Source of the DNA: Candidatus Woesearchaeota archaeon
GTDB lineage: Archaea > Nanobdellota > Nanobdellia > SCGC-AAA011-G17 > JACPIM01
Reading direction: 5' to 3'
Assembly (NCBI GenBank): GCA_964513145.1
Contig: CAZELK010000006.1
Coordinates: 10,081 to 74,080, forward strand
Length of the DNA stretch: 64,000 nt
Shown here: in pieces, positions 9,892 through 19,933 of the stretch
Layout of the letters: each line of letters starts with the position of its first letter
How positions within the stretch are numbered: position 1 is the first letter of the stretch
Notes under the pieces: model-generated
Databases searched by the model: none
The model's input: the letters and a program-made list of their open reading frames with translations, nothing else
What the model was told of the DNA's origin: nothing
Made by a program: the position numbers and the translations under genes

Positions 9892-10992
9892 ATGATGGAA
9901 AGTTTTGTAAACCAGGCTTTGAAAAATACTAAAGAATTTGGTATGGATGATGTTCATGTTGGTGTAGCCAACATTAAGGTTGTAGGTTGTGGTGGTGGAG
10001 GAAGTAATACTGTTACTTGGCTTCATAAGAAGGGTATTTCTGGAGCAGAGGTTGTAGCTCTTAATACTGATAAACAGCATCTTGAAATTTCAAGTGCTGA
10101 TTACAAAATTTTAATTGGAAAAGAATTAACAAGGGGTTTAGGCTGCGGCGGATTTCCTGAAAAGGGAAGAGAAGCAGCTAAAGAAAGTTTGCATGATTTA
10201 AAAGAAGTTTTGAAAAGTTCTGACATGGTTTTTGTTTGCGCTGGTTTGGGCGGAGGAACTGGAAGCGGAAGTGCACCAGTTGTAGCTCAATTAGCAAGAG
10301 AACAAGGGGCTATTGTTATTGGTACTGTTACTATGCCTTTTGATATTGAAAGGGCCAGGGTTGATAAAGCTGAATTTGCTTTACAACAATTAAGAGAAGT
10401 TAGTGATACTGTTATTGTTATTGACAACAACAGATTAACGAGTATTGCAGGAAACTTACCAATACAACAAGCATTTGCTGTTGCAAATGAATTAATTTCT
10501 ACAATGATTAAGGGTATTGTTGAAACAATTGCAGTTCCATCATTAGTAAACTTAGACTATGCTGATGTAAAGGCAATAATGTCCAATGGTGATGTATCTG
10601 TTGTTGGTATTGGAGAAAGTGATACTGATTCAAGAGTAGAGGAAGCAACAAGAAGGGCATTAACAAACCCATTATTGGATGTAAGTTATGATGGTGCAAC
10701 TGGCGCTTTGATACACATAACTGGCGGAGATGACTTAACTTTAGATGAGGTCAATAGAACTGGTGAATTAATTACTGAGAGTCTAGACCCTGATGCTAAT
10801 GTTATCATGGGTGCAAGAATTGAACCTAGCATGAAAGGCAAGATAAGAGTTATGACTATTATAACTGGCGTAAACTCCCCATATATTCTTGGAAGGGTTG
10901 ACAAGAAAAAATTTGCTAACCCTGGAGTGAAAGTTAGCCCTGATTTAGGGATAGACATGGTTGGGCTAACTGCAGCTACAAGAAGGTTTTAA
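9892..10992 (+). CDS. ftsZ: Cell division protein FtsZ, FtsZ2-like
   Basis: VVGCGGGGSN, LNTDKQHL, GLGGGTGSG, NLDYADV; PFDIERARVDKAE resembles archaeal FtsZ2; ATG at 9892 follows a GGAGGAG RBS. Confidence 0.96.
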   Translation: MMESFVNQALKNTKEFGMDDVHVGVANIKVVGCGGGGSNTVTWLHKKGISGAEVVALNTDKQHLEISSADYKILIGKELTRGLGCGGFPEKGREAAKESLHDLKEVLKSSDMVFVCAGLGGGTGSGSAPVVAQLAREQGAIVIGTVTMPFDIERARVDKAEFALQQLREVSDTVIVIDNNRLTSIAGNLPIQQAFAVANELISTMIKGIVETIAVPSLVNLDYADVKAIMSNGDVSVVGIGESDTDSRVEEATRRALTNPLLDVSYDGATGALIHITGGDDLTLDEVNRTGELITESLDPDANVIMGARIEPSMKGKIRVMTIITGVNSPYILGRVDKKKFANPGVKVSPDLGIDMVGLTAATRRF

Positions 10993-10997
10993 GCTCC

Positions 10998-11070
10998 TGG
11001 GCATACTTTCCCCCATGCCCATGCTAAATCTTGCTAGTGCCATAGGCACTAGCTACTTTTTTTTATTTTT
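10998..11070 (+). terminator. Two tandem GC-rich hairpins followed by a T-tract after ftsZ
   Basis: TGGGCAT/ATGCCCA (10998-11021) and GCTAGTGCC-ATA-GGCACTAGC (11033-11053), then a T run. Confidence 0.6.
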
Positions 11071-11097
11071 AAACAGTTATACACAAGGAGATAAGAG

Positions 11098-12078
11098 GTG
11101 AAACTTTTGAATAAGGAAACAAAGATTTTTTTAATGGTTTTTTTAATTCTTGGCATAGGCTTTTTATCTACTAATTTGGAAATAACTGGAAATACTCATT
11201 TAGTTAAGACAGAAAATAAATATTTTGAAGATTTGCCAACTGAATTAACAATAAATTCTTATCCTCCAAAGGCTGATATTTATATTTCTGGAAATTATAT
11301 TGGACAAACGCCATTAACATTAACTGCCTTAGATCCGACATTATATGAAATTGAATTGAGGAAAATTGGATATTATAATTTAAAAGAAAAAATAAATCTA
11401 GAAGCTAATATAGATAATGTAATAAGACTTGATTTAACAAAAATTGGGGAGGGAAGTTTATTTATCGACTCAAATATTAAAGAGGCTGATATTTACATAA
11501 ATAATGAATTATCAGGAATCACACCAAAAAAAATATCTTTACTTGAAGGAGTTTATGATATAAAAATAAGAAAAAATAATTTCGCTGATTTTTTTACCTC
11601 GAAAGCAATAAAAGCTGGACAAAATGATAAATTATTTGCTAATTTAGACAATAAGAATTCTGGAAGCATGTATGTAGAAACTGAACCTAATGATGCAAAA
11701 ATTTTAGTTGATGATGTTTATCAGGGTGTTACACCAAATTTACTAGGATTAAATACTGGTTCATATATTGTTAGAGTTGAAAAGGAAGGCTATGATTCAA
11801 AAACATTTAATGTTGAAATAAAAGAAAATGAGAGAAAAGACATTATAGCAAAATTAGATGCCAGTTTAGGCACTTTATTTGTCGGATCAGAGCCTTTTGG
11901 AGCCAAGATTTATATTGACGGAACTTATCAAGGAGTTACTCCAAAAATAGTTTCTGGTTTAGGTGATGGTTTTCATACTTTAAAAATAACCAAGGACTAT
12001 TATGAGGAATATTTAGGTACAATAAAAGTAAAGAGACTGTATCCGAATAGTATTTATGTAAAATTAGTTAGAAAGTAA
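11098..12078 (+). CDS. Membrane-anchored PEGA-repeat surface protein
   Basis: N-terminal TM, then four repeats like INSYPPKADIYISGNYIGQTP / VGSEPFGAKIYIDGTYQGVTP. Confidence 0.85.
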   Translation: MKLLNKETKIFLMVFLILGIGFLSTNLEITGNTHLVKTENKYFEDLPTELTINSYPPKADIYISGNYIGQTPLTLTALDPTLYEIELRKIGYYNLKEKINLEANIDNVIRLDLTKIGEGSLFIDSNIKEADIYINNELSGITPKKISLLEGVYDIKIRKNNFADFFTSKAIKAGQNDKLFANLDNKNSGSMYVETEPNDAKILVDDVYQGVTPNLLGLNTGSYIVRVEKEGYDSKTFNVEIKENERKDIIAKLDASLGTLFVGSEPFGAKIYIDGTYQGVTPKIVSGLGDGFHTLKITKDYYEEYLGTIKVKRLYPNSIYVKLVRK

Positions 12079-12083
12079 ATTTT

Positions 12084-12725
12084 TTATTTTTTTATGATAT
12101 TTTTTAGATTGGATTTTATTTTCTGAAATAAACTTTTTATTATATTTTTTATTTTATCAACTGGCTTTTCTTGTCCCCAACCAATTTCCTCAGCAGTCTT
12201 GTCTCCATATTTATTAAAAGATATAATCCTTTTTAGAGATACTTTTAATGGTTCTTTAAATGGCTTGTCATAAGGATAACCAATTGTCAAGATTATTTGT
12301 GGCTGAATTCCTTCATCTATTCTTAATATCCTAGAAACTGCCTTTGGATCAAAAACATCGACCCAACACGTACCTAAACCAAGATCTACAGATTTTAATG
12401 AGATCAAGATTGCTGCAGCTGCAGAATTTTGAATAGAGTATTTTTCTGAGTTGTTTTTGTAATATGTTTTTAGTCTATTTATGTCACTGCAAACAACTAT
12501 AAATAATGTGGCTGTATTCATCCAATATTGTCTTAAAGAAGCTTCAGCAATCTTGTTTTTTTTATCTTTATCATTTACAGCTATAAACCTAAAATCCTGA
12601 AGATTTCCAGAATTTGGTGCATATCTTGCTGCATCCAATAAAAGAGTTAGTTTTTCAAATTCTACAGCTTTGTCAAGATACTTTCTTATGCTGCGACGAG
12701 TTTTTATTGCCTGATCTAAATCCAT
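12084..12725 (-). CDS. Nitroreductase family protein
   Basis: AIKTRRSIRKY, ARYAPNSGNLQDFRF, LGLGTCWV, LTIGYP. Confidence 0.92.
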   Translation of the reverse strand: MDLDQAIKTRRSIRKYLDKAVEFEKLTLLLDAARYAPNSGNLQDFRFIAVNDKDKKNKIAEASLRQYWMNTATLFIVVCSDINRLKTYYKNNSEKYSIQNSAAAAILISLKSVDLGLGTCWVDVFDPKAVSRILRIDEGIQPQIILTIGYPYDKPFKEPLKVSLKRIISFNKYGDKTAEEIGWGQEKPVDKIKNIIKSLFQKIKSNLKNIIKK

Positions 12726-12765
12726 ATAACAAGCTTTAAATTTATTAAATATTTAATTCTTTCTG

Positions 12766-14448
12766 ATGGAATACAGCTATTTAGTTAAATATTATCTTGA
12801 ATTAGGAAGCACAACAAAAAGACTGGAGAAGGTTGATATTCTTTCTAAACTCTTTAAAGAGGCTGATACTGAAGAACTTAGCTTAATCGTTTATTTAATT
12901 GAGGGAAGTGTTTTTCCTGAATTGGATGAGAGAAAAATAGGTTTTAGTTCCAGGCTTATGTTGAAGGCCCTAAGTTCTGTTACTGGTGTAAACCAAGATG
13001 AAATTGAAAAATTATTGAATATAAAGGGAGATTTAGGTTTAGTTGCTGAAGAATTAATTAAAAAGAAAAAACAAACTACCTTAGATTCTAAAAATTTAGA
13101 TATTCAGAAAGTTTTTCATAATATAAGAAAATTAGCTGAATTAGAAGGAGAAGGAACTGTAAATAAAAAAGTACAATTAGTTTCAGAATTATTAGGAAAT
13201 GCAAAACCAATTGAAGCAAAGTTTATTGCAAGAACAATTTTAGAAGATTTGAGGGTTGGAGTTAAAGAAGGGATTATTCGGGATGCTATCAGCAAGGCAT
13301 TTAATGTTGATGTCAAAGAAGTTGAGGATTCTTTTAACTTGATTATTGATTATGGGGAAGTTGCAAAACTAGCTAAAAAAAATAAATTAAAAGAAGTTTC
13401 AATTACTCTTGGGAAACCATTAAAATTAATGCTTGCCATTTTAGTAAAAAACATTAAAGAAGGTTTTGAGGCCCTGGGAAAACCTGTTCAAGCAGAGTTT
13501 AAATTGGATGGTTTTAGGGTCAGTGCACATAAAAATAAAGACAATATTATAAAATTGTTCACAAGAAGAATGGAAGAGGTTACAAAACAATTCCCAGATG
13601 TGATATCTATTCTAAAAGATAATGTTGATGCAAAGGAGTTTATTTTAGATTGTGAAATTGTTGGCATAGACAAAGATAATGGAAAATATCTGCCTTTTCA
13701 AAGCATTTCACAGAGAATAAGGAGAAAATATGACATTGAGAAAATGGCCAATGAATTTCCAGTTGAGGTTAATATTTTTGACGCAATATATTATAATGGA
13801 AAAAACCTGATGCAAATTCCATTAATTGAAAGAAGAAATATTTTAGAGAAAATTGTTAAAGGGAAAAAAGGAAAAATTGCATTAACTAAAAAACTTATTA
13901 GTGACAATGAAAAAGAACTTAATAATTTTTTCAAGGAATCATTAAAATCCGGAAATGAAGGTTTGATGTTAAAAAATATTAATTCTTTATATGTTCCAGG
14001 GAGATATGTTGATGGCTGGTGCAAATTAAAAAATGTTCTGGAGCCCCTGGACTTAGTAATTGTAAAATGTTTTTTTGGCGAAGGGAAGAGAGCTGGATGG
14101 TTAACTAGTTTTACTGTTGCATGCAGATCTGGAAATAAGTTTCTTAATATTGGTGATGTAAGTACTGGGTTAAAGGAGAAAGAAGGTGAAAACGGAGTGA
14201 CTTATGAAGAGATGACTAATTTACTTAAACCTTTGATTAAAGAAGAAAAAGGGAAGGAAGTTATTGTTGAACCCAAGATAGTAATAGAAGTCGGATATGA
14301 AGAAATTCAAAAAAGTACAACAAGCAGTTCTGGCTTCTCCCTGCGCTTTCCAAGATTCTTATTTTTACGTGAAGATAAGCCATTAAATGAAATAAATACT
14401 ATAAATGATGTTGAAAAGATCTATAAAATGCAAAGAGGAAAGAGATAA
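12766..14448 (+). CDS. lig: ATP-dependent DNA ligase
   Basis: Motif I EFKLDGFR, ILDCEIV, NIFDAIY, EGLMLK, WCKLK, SLRFPRF. Confidence 0.96.
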   Translation: MEYSYLVKYYLELGSTTKRLEKVDILSKLFKEADTEELSLIVYLIEGSVFPELDERKIGFSSRLMLKALSSVTGVNQDEIEKLLNIKGDLGLVAEELIKKKKQTTLDSKNLDIQKVFHNIRKLAELEGEGTVNKKVQLVSELLGNAKPIEAKFIARTILEDLRVGVKEGIIRDAISKAFNVDVKEVEDSFNLIIDYGEVAKLAKKNKLKEVSITLGKPLKLMLAILVKNIKEGFEALGKPVQAEFKLDGFRVSAHKNKDNIIKLFTRRMEEVTKQFPDVISILKDNVDAKEFILDCEIVGIDKDNGKYLPFQSISQRIRRKYDIEKMANEFPVEVNIFDAIYYNGKNLMQIPLIERRNILEKIVKGKKGKIALTKKLISDNEKELNNFFKESLKSGNEGLMLKNINSLYVPGRYVDGWCKLKNVLEPLDLVIVKCFFGEGKRAGWLTSFTVACRSGNKFLNIGDVSTGLKEKEGENGVTYEEMTNLLKPLIKEEKGKEVIVEPKIVIEVGYEEIQKSTTSSSGFSLRFPRFLFLREDKPLNEINTINDVEKIYKMQRGKR

Positions 14449-14521
14449 TCTAAAAATTATTTTTGCAGTTTAAAATATATTTAATACTATACAAATCTTT
14501 TATCATAATAATATTTATATA

Positions 14522-14536
14522 GTAGTATCGAACTAC
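14522..14536. promoter_or_regulatory. Candidate inverted-repeat operator upstream of the TrmB-family gene
   Basis: GTAGT-N5-ACTAC next to AT-rich TATA-like sequence; short, could be chance. Confidence 0.25.
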
Positions 14537-14625
14537 AACTAAGTAGGAATAGTTTGTTGTTAAAAAAGAGAGTTTATATTGTACATGAGTAGTTAAAAAG
14601 TAGGTGATACCTGGGAGGGTTTATA

Positions 14626-15453
14626 ATGATTGTTAAAGATGATTTTTTAAATAAATTGAGACAATATTTCTCGCTAAATCTTTATGAAGTAAGGATTTGG
14701 ACTGCACTTCTTTCTCGGGGTGTTTCCACTGCTGGTGAATTAAGTGACATTGGCAATGTTCCCAGATCAAGGGCTTATGATGTTTTAGAAAGTTTAGAAA
14801 AAAAAGGGTTTGTTGTAATGAAATTGGGCAAACCAATAAAATATTTGGCTGTTGAACCACTAGAAGTTGTTCACAGGGTTAAAAAAATAGTTAAACAAGT
14901 TTCTGATGAAAAAGTGAAAAAATTAGAAGACTTGAAAGGCAGTGATGTCTTGGGAGAACTTAATTTATTGTATAAACAAGGCATAGAGTTTGTTGAAGCA
15001 AGTGATTTATCAGGAGCTATCAGGGGAAGACACAATTTGTACACACATTTAGAAACTATGATAAAAAATGCAAAGAAAAGCGTTACAATAATGACTACAA
15101 GTAAGGGAGTTTTAAGAAAAATTGAGGCATTAAAACCTGAACTAGAAAGGCTTGCAAAGAGAGGAGTTAATATCAGGATAGCTGCGCCAGTTTCCAAAGA
15201 AAATTTAGGTGCACTTCAAGAAGTTTCCAAAATAGCAGAAATAAGGCATAATGAAAATGTTCAGGCCAGATTTGTGCTTGTTGACGGAAAAGAGATAATG
15301 TTTATGGCTTTAAATGATGATGAAGTTCATCCAAGCTATGATCTTGGTGTCTGGGTAAATACGCCTTATTTTACAACTGCAATGGAAAACATGTTCCAAA
15401 CTTGCTGGAAAGATTTTGAACCTGTAGAAAAAGCTGTTGCCAGGATTAAGTAA
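14626..15453 (+). CDS. TrmB-family transcriptional regulator
   Basis: N-terminal wHTH STAGELSDIGNVPRSRAYDVLESLEKKGFV plus C-terminal PLD-like domain (ARFVLVDGKEI). Confidence 0.9.
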   Translation: MIVKDDFLNKLRQYFSLNLYEVRIWTALLSRGVSTAGELSDIGNVPRSRAYDVLESLEKKGFVVMKLGKPIKYLAVEPLEVVHRVKKIVKQVSDEKVKKLEDLKGSDVLGELNLLYKQGIEFVEASDLSGAIRGRHNLYTHLETMIKNAKKSVTIMTTSKGVLRKIEALKPELERLAKRGVNIRIAAPVSKENLGALQEVSKIAEIRHNENVQARFVLVDGKEIMFMALNDDEVHPSYDLGVWVNTPYFTTAMENMFQTCWKDFEPVEKAVARIK

Positions 15454-15463
15454 TTTATTATTT

Positions 15464-16243
15464 TTATATTTTTAATTTTCCCTTTTGCCAATCATTTACA
15501 ATCATTCTGGAAGCAGATTCAAGATCCAAGACACCACCTTTTTTTAATTTGCCTTTTGATTTTGCTATTTCTTTTAGTGTTTCTAAAATGTCTTTTTTTA
15601 CTTTTATATTATATTTATTTTCCAAAATTTTTTTGTTTTTTCTTATTAGATTTTCCAGAATTTTATAAGCTACTTCTTCATGATCTTCAATATTTGTCAG
15701 GGCAGATTTTAAGGCTAAATCTGATTCTTTTTTTTCCTTAGAAGGTATTACACCAGGAGTGTCTATTAATTTAATATTTTTACTTAAATTAATCCACTGC
15801 ATTCCCCTTGTAAAACCAGCAACTGGGCTTGTTCTTGCTTTTTTTCTTCCAATTAAATAGTTTATTATTGAAGATTTACCAGTATTTGGATAGCCAACTA
15901 CACCTATAGTCATTGGTCTCTTTTTTACTGAACTGGTTATAGCTTTTATTAACCTTAATTTTCCACGCCTATCTTTGCATGAAACTGGGACAGTTAATGA
16001 TATTTCTTTTAGATTATCAAATGCCTGATGCAATTCATTTAAAGATACTAGATCAGACTTATTTAATATAAAAATAAATTTCTTGCCATAATCTCTCATC
16101 TTATTTTCTATTACTTCATTTCTTGTTTCATTGTAAAATCTTGAGTCCAAAACATTCAGTATTATATCTGATTTTCTTAATATTTCGTCAACTATTTTCC
16201 AATATCTTGTCTTGACTGCACGCCAGTTTTTTGACTTTGCCAT
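15464..16243 (-). CDS. Circularly permuted ribosome-biogenesis GTPase (YlqF/RbgA-like)
   Basis: G4 NKSD precedes G1 GYPNTGKSS and G3 DTPG. Confidence 0.9.
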   Translation of the reverse strand: MAKSKNWRAVKTRYWKIVDEILRKSDIILNVLDSRFYNETRNEVIENKMRDYGKKFIFILNKSDLVSLNELHQAFDNLKEISLTVPVSCKDRRGKLRLIKAITSSVKKRPMTIGVVGYPNTGKSSIINYLIGRKKARTSPVAGFTRGMQWINLSKNIKLIDTPGVIPSKEKKESDLALKSALTNIEDHEEVAYKILENLIRKNKKILENKYNIKVKKDILETLKEIAKSKGKLKKGGVLDLESASRMIVNDWQKGKLKI

Positions 16244-16336
16244 AAAACATTATCCGCATAATTAGTATATAAAATTAATCAATGAATTTTTAGATTTACA
16301 GACAATATTTATATAGTAAACAAATATTTTTTTATT

Positions 16337-17992
16337 ATGGATTTTAAAGAAGAGATTGTCAAAGAACTTAAAAAAGAAGTTAATGCTGATATTAATTTAG
16401 AAGTTCCGCCAGAATATAAACTTGGGGATTATGCTTTTCCTTGTTTTTCTTTATCTAAAACATACAAAAAAGACCCAAAAATAATTGCCTTAGAATTAAG
16501 CAAGAAAATTAAAAGCAAATACTTTTATGCAGAAGCAAATGGTCCGTATGTTAATTTCTTTTTAAGCAGAAAATTATTTGCTGAGAAACAAATCAAGGAA
16601 ATTTTAGAAGGAATAAAAATAAAACCCAAGAATAAGAAAATATTGGTAGAATATTGCCATGCCAACACTCATAAGGCTTTTCATATTGGACATACTAGAA
16701 ACATCTGCTTTGGGGAGTCTATGTCAAGAATTCTTGAATACACTGGAAATAAAATAATAAGAGCAAACTACCAAGGTGATATAGGGATGCATGTAGCTAA
16801 AACAATTTACGGCTTACTTAATTTAAAAAAATTAAAATTAAAAAAACCAGTGAAAAATAAAGGAAAATGGATTGGACTAGTTTATGCTGCAGCAAGCAAT
16901 CTTGTTTCCAATAATGAAGATGTTGCAAAAGAAGTTAATGAAATTAACCAGAAACTCTATGCTGGTGATAAAGAACTAATTAAAATCTGGAAAGAATCGA
17001 GAAAGTGGAGCATAGATTATTTTGAGAAGACAGTTTATCCTGATTTTAATGTTAAATTTGACAGATTTTATTTTGAGAGTGAGGTTGAAAAACACGGAAT
17101 AAAAATAGTTAAAAAATTAAAAGATGCGGGACATGCAAAACTCAGTGATGGGGCTATAATTGTAGATTTAAATAATTATAATCTTGGAATTTTTTTAATT
17201 TTAAAAAGTGATGGTACTGCCTTGTATTCTACCAAAGATTTAGCATTGGCAGAGCTGCAAGAAAAAGAATTTAAACCAGATATGATAGTGCATATTGTTG
17301 GTTCTGAACAGAATCTATATTTTAAACAATTATTTAAAACACTGGAACTATATAACAAAAAAATAGCTGACAAAGAGAAACATCTTTCTTATGAACTTGT
17401 AATTTTACCAACTGGGAAAATGTCTTCACGTGAAGGAAAAGTTGTTTTATACGACGATACTTTAAATGAAATGACTGAATGTGCTGAAAAAGAAATAAAA
17501 TCCAGAGACAAAGTAAATGAAAAAGAATTAAACAGGCGGGCCAAAATTATTGCACTTGCTGCAATAAAATATGCAATGCTATCACAAAATGCAAAAAAAG
17601 TGATTGTTTTTGAACAAGAAAAGTCTATTTCATTTGAGGGTGATACTGGTCCTTATTTATTATATTCTTATGCAAGAGCAGGCTCAATATTAAGAAAAGA
17701 CAAGAAAAAATATAAATTTAAAGTTGGTGACATAAATGATCCAGAATATCTAGTAATAAATAAATTAAGCAAATTTAAAGAAGTAATTGAGAAAGCAAGT
17801 GAACAAATGGATCCATCAATAGTTGCAAATTATGCTTTTGAGCTTTGCAAATTATTTAATGAATTTTATCATTCTTCACAAGTTATTGGTTCAGGAAGAG
17901 AAGAATTTCTTATTTACTTAACCAAGGCTTTTAATAATATATTGGGAAAAGCATTGTATTTATTGGGCATAGAAACTTTAGAAAAAATGTAA
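16337..17992 (+). CDS. argS: Arginyl-tRNA synthetase
   Basis: ANTHKAFHIGHTRN, NYQGDIG, DGTALYSTKDLA, KMSSREG, GDTGPYLLYSYARA. Confidence 0.96.
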   Translation: MDFKEEIVKELKKEVNADINLEVPPEYKLGDYAFPCFSLSKTYKKDPKIIALELSKKIKSKYFYAEANGPYVNFFLSRKLFAEKQIKEILEGIKIKPKNKKILVEYCHANTHKAFHIGHTRNICFGESMSRILEYTGNKIIRANYQGDIGMHVAKTIYGLLNLKKLKLKKPVKNKGKWIGLVYAAASNLVSNNEDVAKEVNEINQKLYAGDKELIKIWKESRKWSIDYFEKTVYPDFNVKFDRFYFESEVEKHGIKIVKKLKDAGHAKLSDGAIIVDLNNYNLGIFLILKSDGTALYSTKDLALAELQEKEFKPDMIVHIVGSEQNLYFKQLFKTLELYNKKIADKEKHLSYELVILPTGKMSSREGKVVLYDDTLNEMTECAEKEIKSRDKVNEKELNRRAKIIALAAIKYAMLSQNAKKVIVFEQEKSISFEGDTGPYLLYSYARAGSILRKDKKKYKFKVGDINDPEYLVINKLSKFKEVIEKASEQMDPSIVANYAFELCKLFNEFYHSSQVIGSGREEFLIYLTKAFNNILGKALYLLGIETLEKM

Positions 17993-18032
17993 GAACAATT
18001 TTGAAAAAAGCATTCGCGGAAAAACTTAGAAA

Positions 18033-18320
18033 TTATTTTTTATCAAATTCAACTTCTAATCCGCCAAATGATTTTGCAATCAGATTATATATGAATGCAG
18101 TCAATAAGCCGGCAAAGAAACCCAGTGCGCCGTAAAATATTGGCAATATAATTATAAACCCAAATCCAAAGGAACCGAACATCATGGATTGTGTTGCCAA
18201 AGGGCCTGCAACTAAAGAGATTAAAGCAAAAAATATACCAAAAATAAGCCCAATAAGAGCCATTGAAATAGAATATATTTTGGCCATTGACAAAACATGA
18301 ATTTTTTTTAAAACAACCAT
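18033..18320 (-). CDS. Small two-TM membrane protein (DUF3566-like)
   Basis: LKKIHVLSMAKI N-terminus, two hydrophobic helices, IYNLIAKSFGGLEVEF C-terminus. Confidence 0.7.
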   Translation of the reverse strand: MVVLKKIHVLSMAKIYSISMALIGLIFGIFFALISLVAGPLATQSMMFGSFGFGFIIILPIFYGALGFFAGLLTAFIYNLIAKSFGGLEVEFDKK

Positions 18321-18407
18321 GATATTGTTATTTGACTTGGCTATATAAATATTAAGCGCTATATTGCAGTAGTAACTTTTATAAATAGTTTTTATTAAAT
18401 TTATTAG

Positions 18408-18704
18408 ATGGAAACTGACTTTGGTGATTTATTTGCTTATCATGGTTTTAATAATATTACTATCAGAAATGCAGTAAGAATAATTAAAATAATAAAAATT
18501 AATACTGCTAAGCGGGGTGTTAATTATTTAAATCCAAATGAATTAGAAATTTTAGTTGATAATTCTAATATAATACATCTTTTGGTTGATAAAAAAATCC
18601 TTAAATTAGATAATGGGAATTACTCCCTTGATGAAGAAGGCATTAACAGATTAATTGAGAAAACAATGGGTGAAGAACCTGCTTACTTTATAGAGGGTTT
18701 TTAA
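18408..18704 (+). CDS. Hypothetical protein
   Basis: 98-aa ORF with an upstream TATA-like element. Confidence 0.6.
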   Translation: METDFGDLFAYHGFNNITIRNAVRIIKIIKINTAKRGVNYLNPNELEILVDNSNIIHLLVDKKILKLDNGNYSLDEEGINRLIEKTMGEEPAYFIEGF

Positions 18705-18705
18705 A

Positions 18706-18883
18706 ATGAAAACTGTCAATCATAAGAAATGAATCAGTGTTAATGAGTTAGTTAAAGAAATGGAAAATTCTTGAATGAGTGGGGCAATGGTTCCTGATTG
18801 CGTGAAAAATATTATTGTTGAAAATAATAATCTTTATCATAGCTTTCCATTTAATTTATGAGGCTGTTAAAGACATGATATAA
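18706..18883 (+). pseudogene. Possible heavily deleted deoxyhypusine synthase remnant
   Basis: Translates MKTVNHKK*ISVNELVKEMENS*MSGAMVPDCVKNIIVE and, in another frame, IIAFHLIYEAVKDMI*; these resemble DHS N-terminal, GAMVPxG and C-terminal segments. Confidence 0.4.
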
Positions 18884-18941
18884 TTTTCTACTTATGAATA
18901 ATTGCAAAGTCTTTAAATATTGTTTTGTATTTATTAATAAC

Positions 18942-19067
18942 ATGGCAAAAGATAAAGATAAAAAGAAGGAATATAAGAAAAAAGAGTATTATGAAAAAGA
19001 TGAGGATATGGAAGATGAAGACATGGATGATGAAATAGAAGACGACTTAGATAAAGATGAAAATTAA
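18942..19067 (+). CDS. 41-aa charge-polarised microprotein, missed by the ORF track
   Basis: MAKDKDKKKEYKKKEYYEKDEDMEDEDMDDEIEDDLDKDEN; TTTAAATA box about 25 nt upstream; stop overlaps the convergent primase stop. Confidence 0.6.
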   Translation: MAKDKDKKKEYKKKEYYEKDEDMEDEDMDDEIEDDLDKDEN

Positions 19068-19762
19068 CCAATAAATTTTGGCAATGTCTTTTTCATATTA
19101 AAAGAATTTTTATTTTGTATAGGCAAGACTATTCTCGAAACTACTGCATTTAATGAATAAGGAAGGCGAATTAATCTTATCCTTCCTTCTGTAACCCATT
19201 TATCCAGACCATAATTTTCAAATCTTTTTGCAAGCTCTTTTCTTTCTTTAATTCCGAATGTGTAGGCTTTTTTATCAAAAACATGAACATGGCAACCACG
19301 ACCAGAATAGACTATTATAATTTTTTTAAAATCTAATTTCTCTTTTAATTTAAATGCATTCTCTATTGATTTAATTATACATTTATTGCACACATCTCTG
19401 CAATTACAATCCAAATTATTTGCATCAATATCGAAGACAAGCTCCTGACCGAGAAAATTTTTACATTTGAAAAAATTTTTAGTTTTAAAACAGAATTTAC
19501 ATACTTTATTTCCTTTATGCAAATTTCTGTCATAATAGACGTCTTCTGGGAGATATTGCAATAGTTTTTTTCTTAAAGTTTTTGTTCTGAAAAATATTAA
19601 TTTATTGTCTTTTCTAGGATTCTTTGTTATTTTAGTTTCTGTTCCCAAATCAACTGCAAAATATCCAGGCTTTACTTTAAAAAACGATAATGCTTTTTTT
19701 TCATTAAACTCTTTTGAATAAAAACTCTTCCTATCTTTTAAAGTAGAAGGCTTAAATATCAT
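19064..19762 (-). CDS. priS: Archaeo-eukaryotic DNA primase small subunit-like protein
   Basis: QELVFDID, YSGRGCHVHV, RLIRLPYSLN AEP motifs; Cys-rich Zn insert. Confidence 0.85.
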   Translation of the reverse strand: MIFKPSTLKDRKSFYSKEFNEKKALSFFKVKPGYFAVDLGTETKITKNPRKDNKLIFFRTKTLRKKLLQYLPEDVYYDRNLHKGNKVCKFCFKTKNFFKCKNFLGQELVFDIDANNLDCNCRDVCNKCIIKSIENAFKLKEKLDFKKIIIVYSGRGCHVHVFDKKAYTFGIKERKELAKRFENYGLDKWVTEGRIRLIRLPYSLNAVVSRIVLPIQNKNSFNMKKTLPKFIG

Positions 19763-19800
19763 TAATATTTAGAATAGAACTGATTTTAATAAGTTTTTGG

Positions 19801-19833
19801 AAAGAGCACCTCTTTTTTTGTGCTCTTTTTTGA
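19801..19833. terminator. Terminator-like hairpin in a divergent intergenic region
   Basis: AAAGAGCAC/GTGCTCTTT 9-bp stem followed by a T run. Confidence 0.35.
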
Positions 19834-19933
19834 AATTAGAATTATTGCCCAGTATATAAACATTTATTGAATGAAAGACATAGATTGAGAAATATTACAA
19901 TAAATTTATATACAGAAATAATTGAAAAATTTG

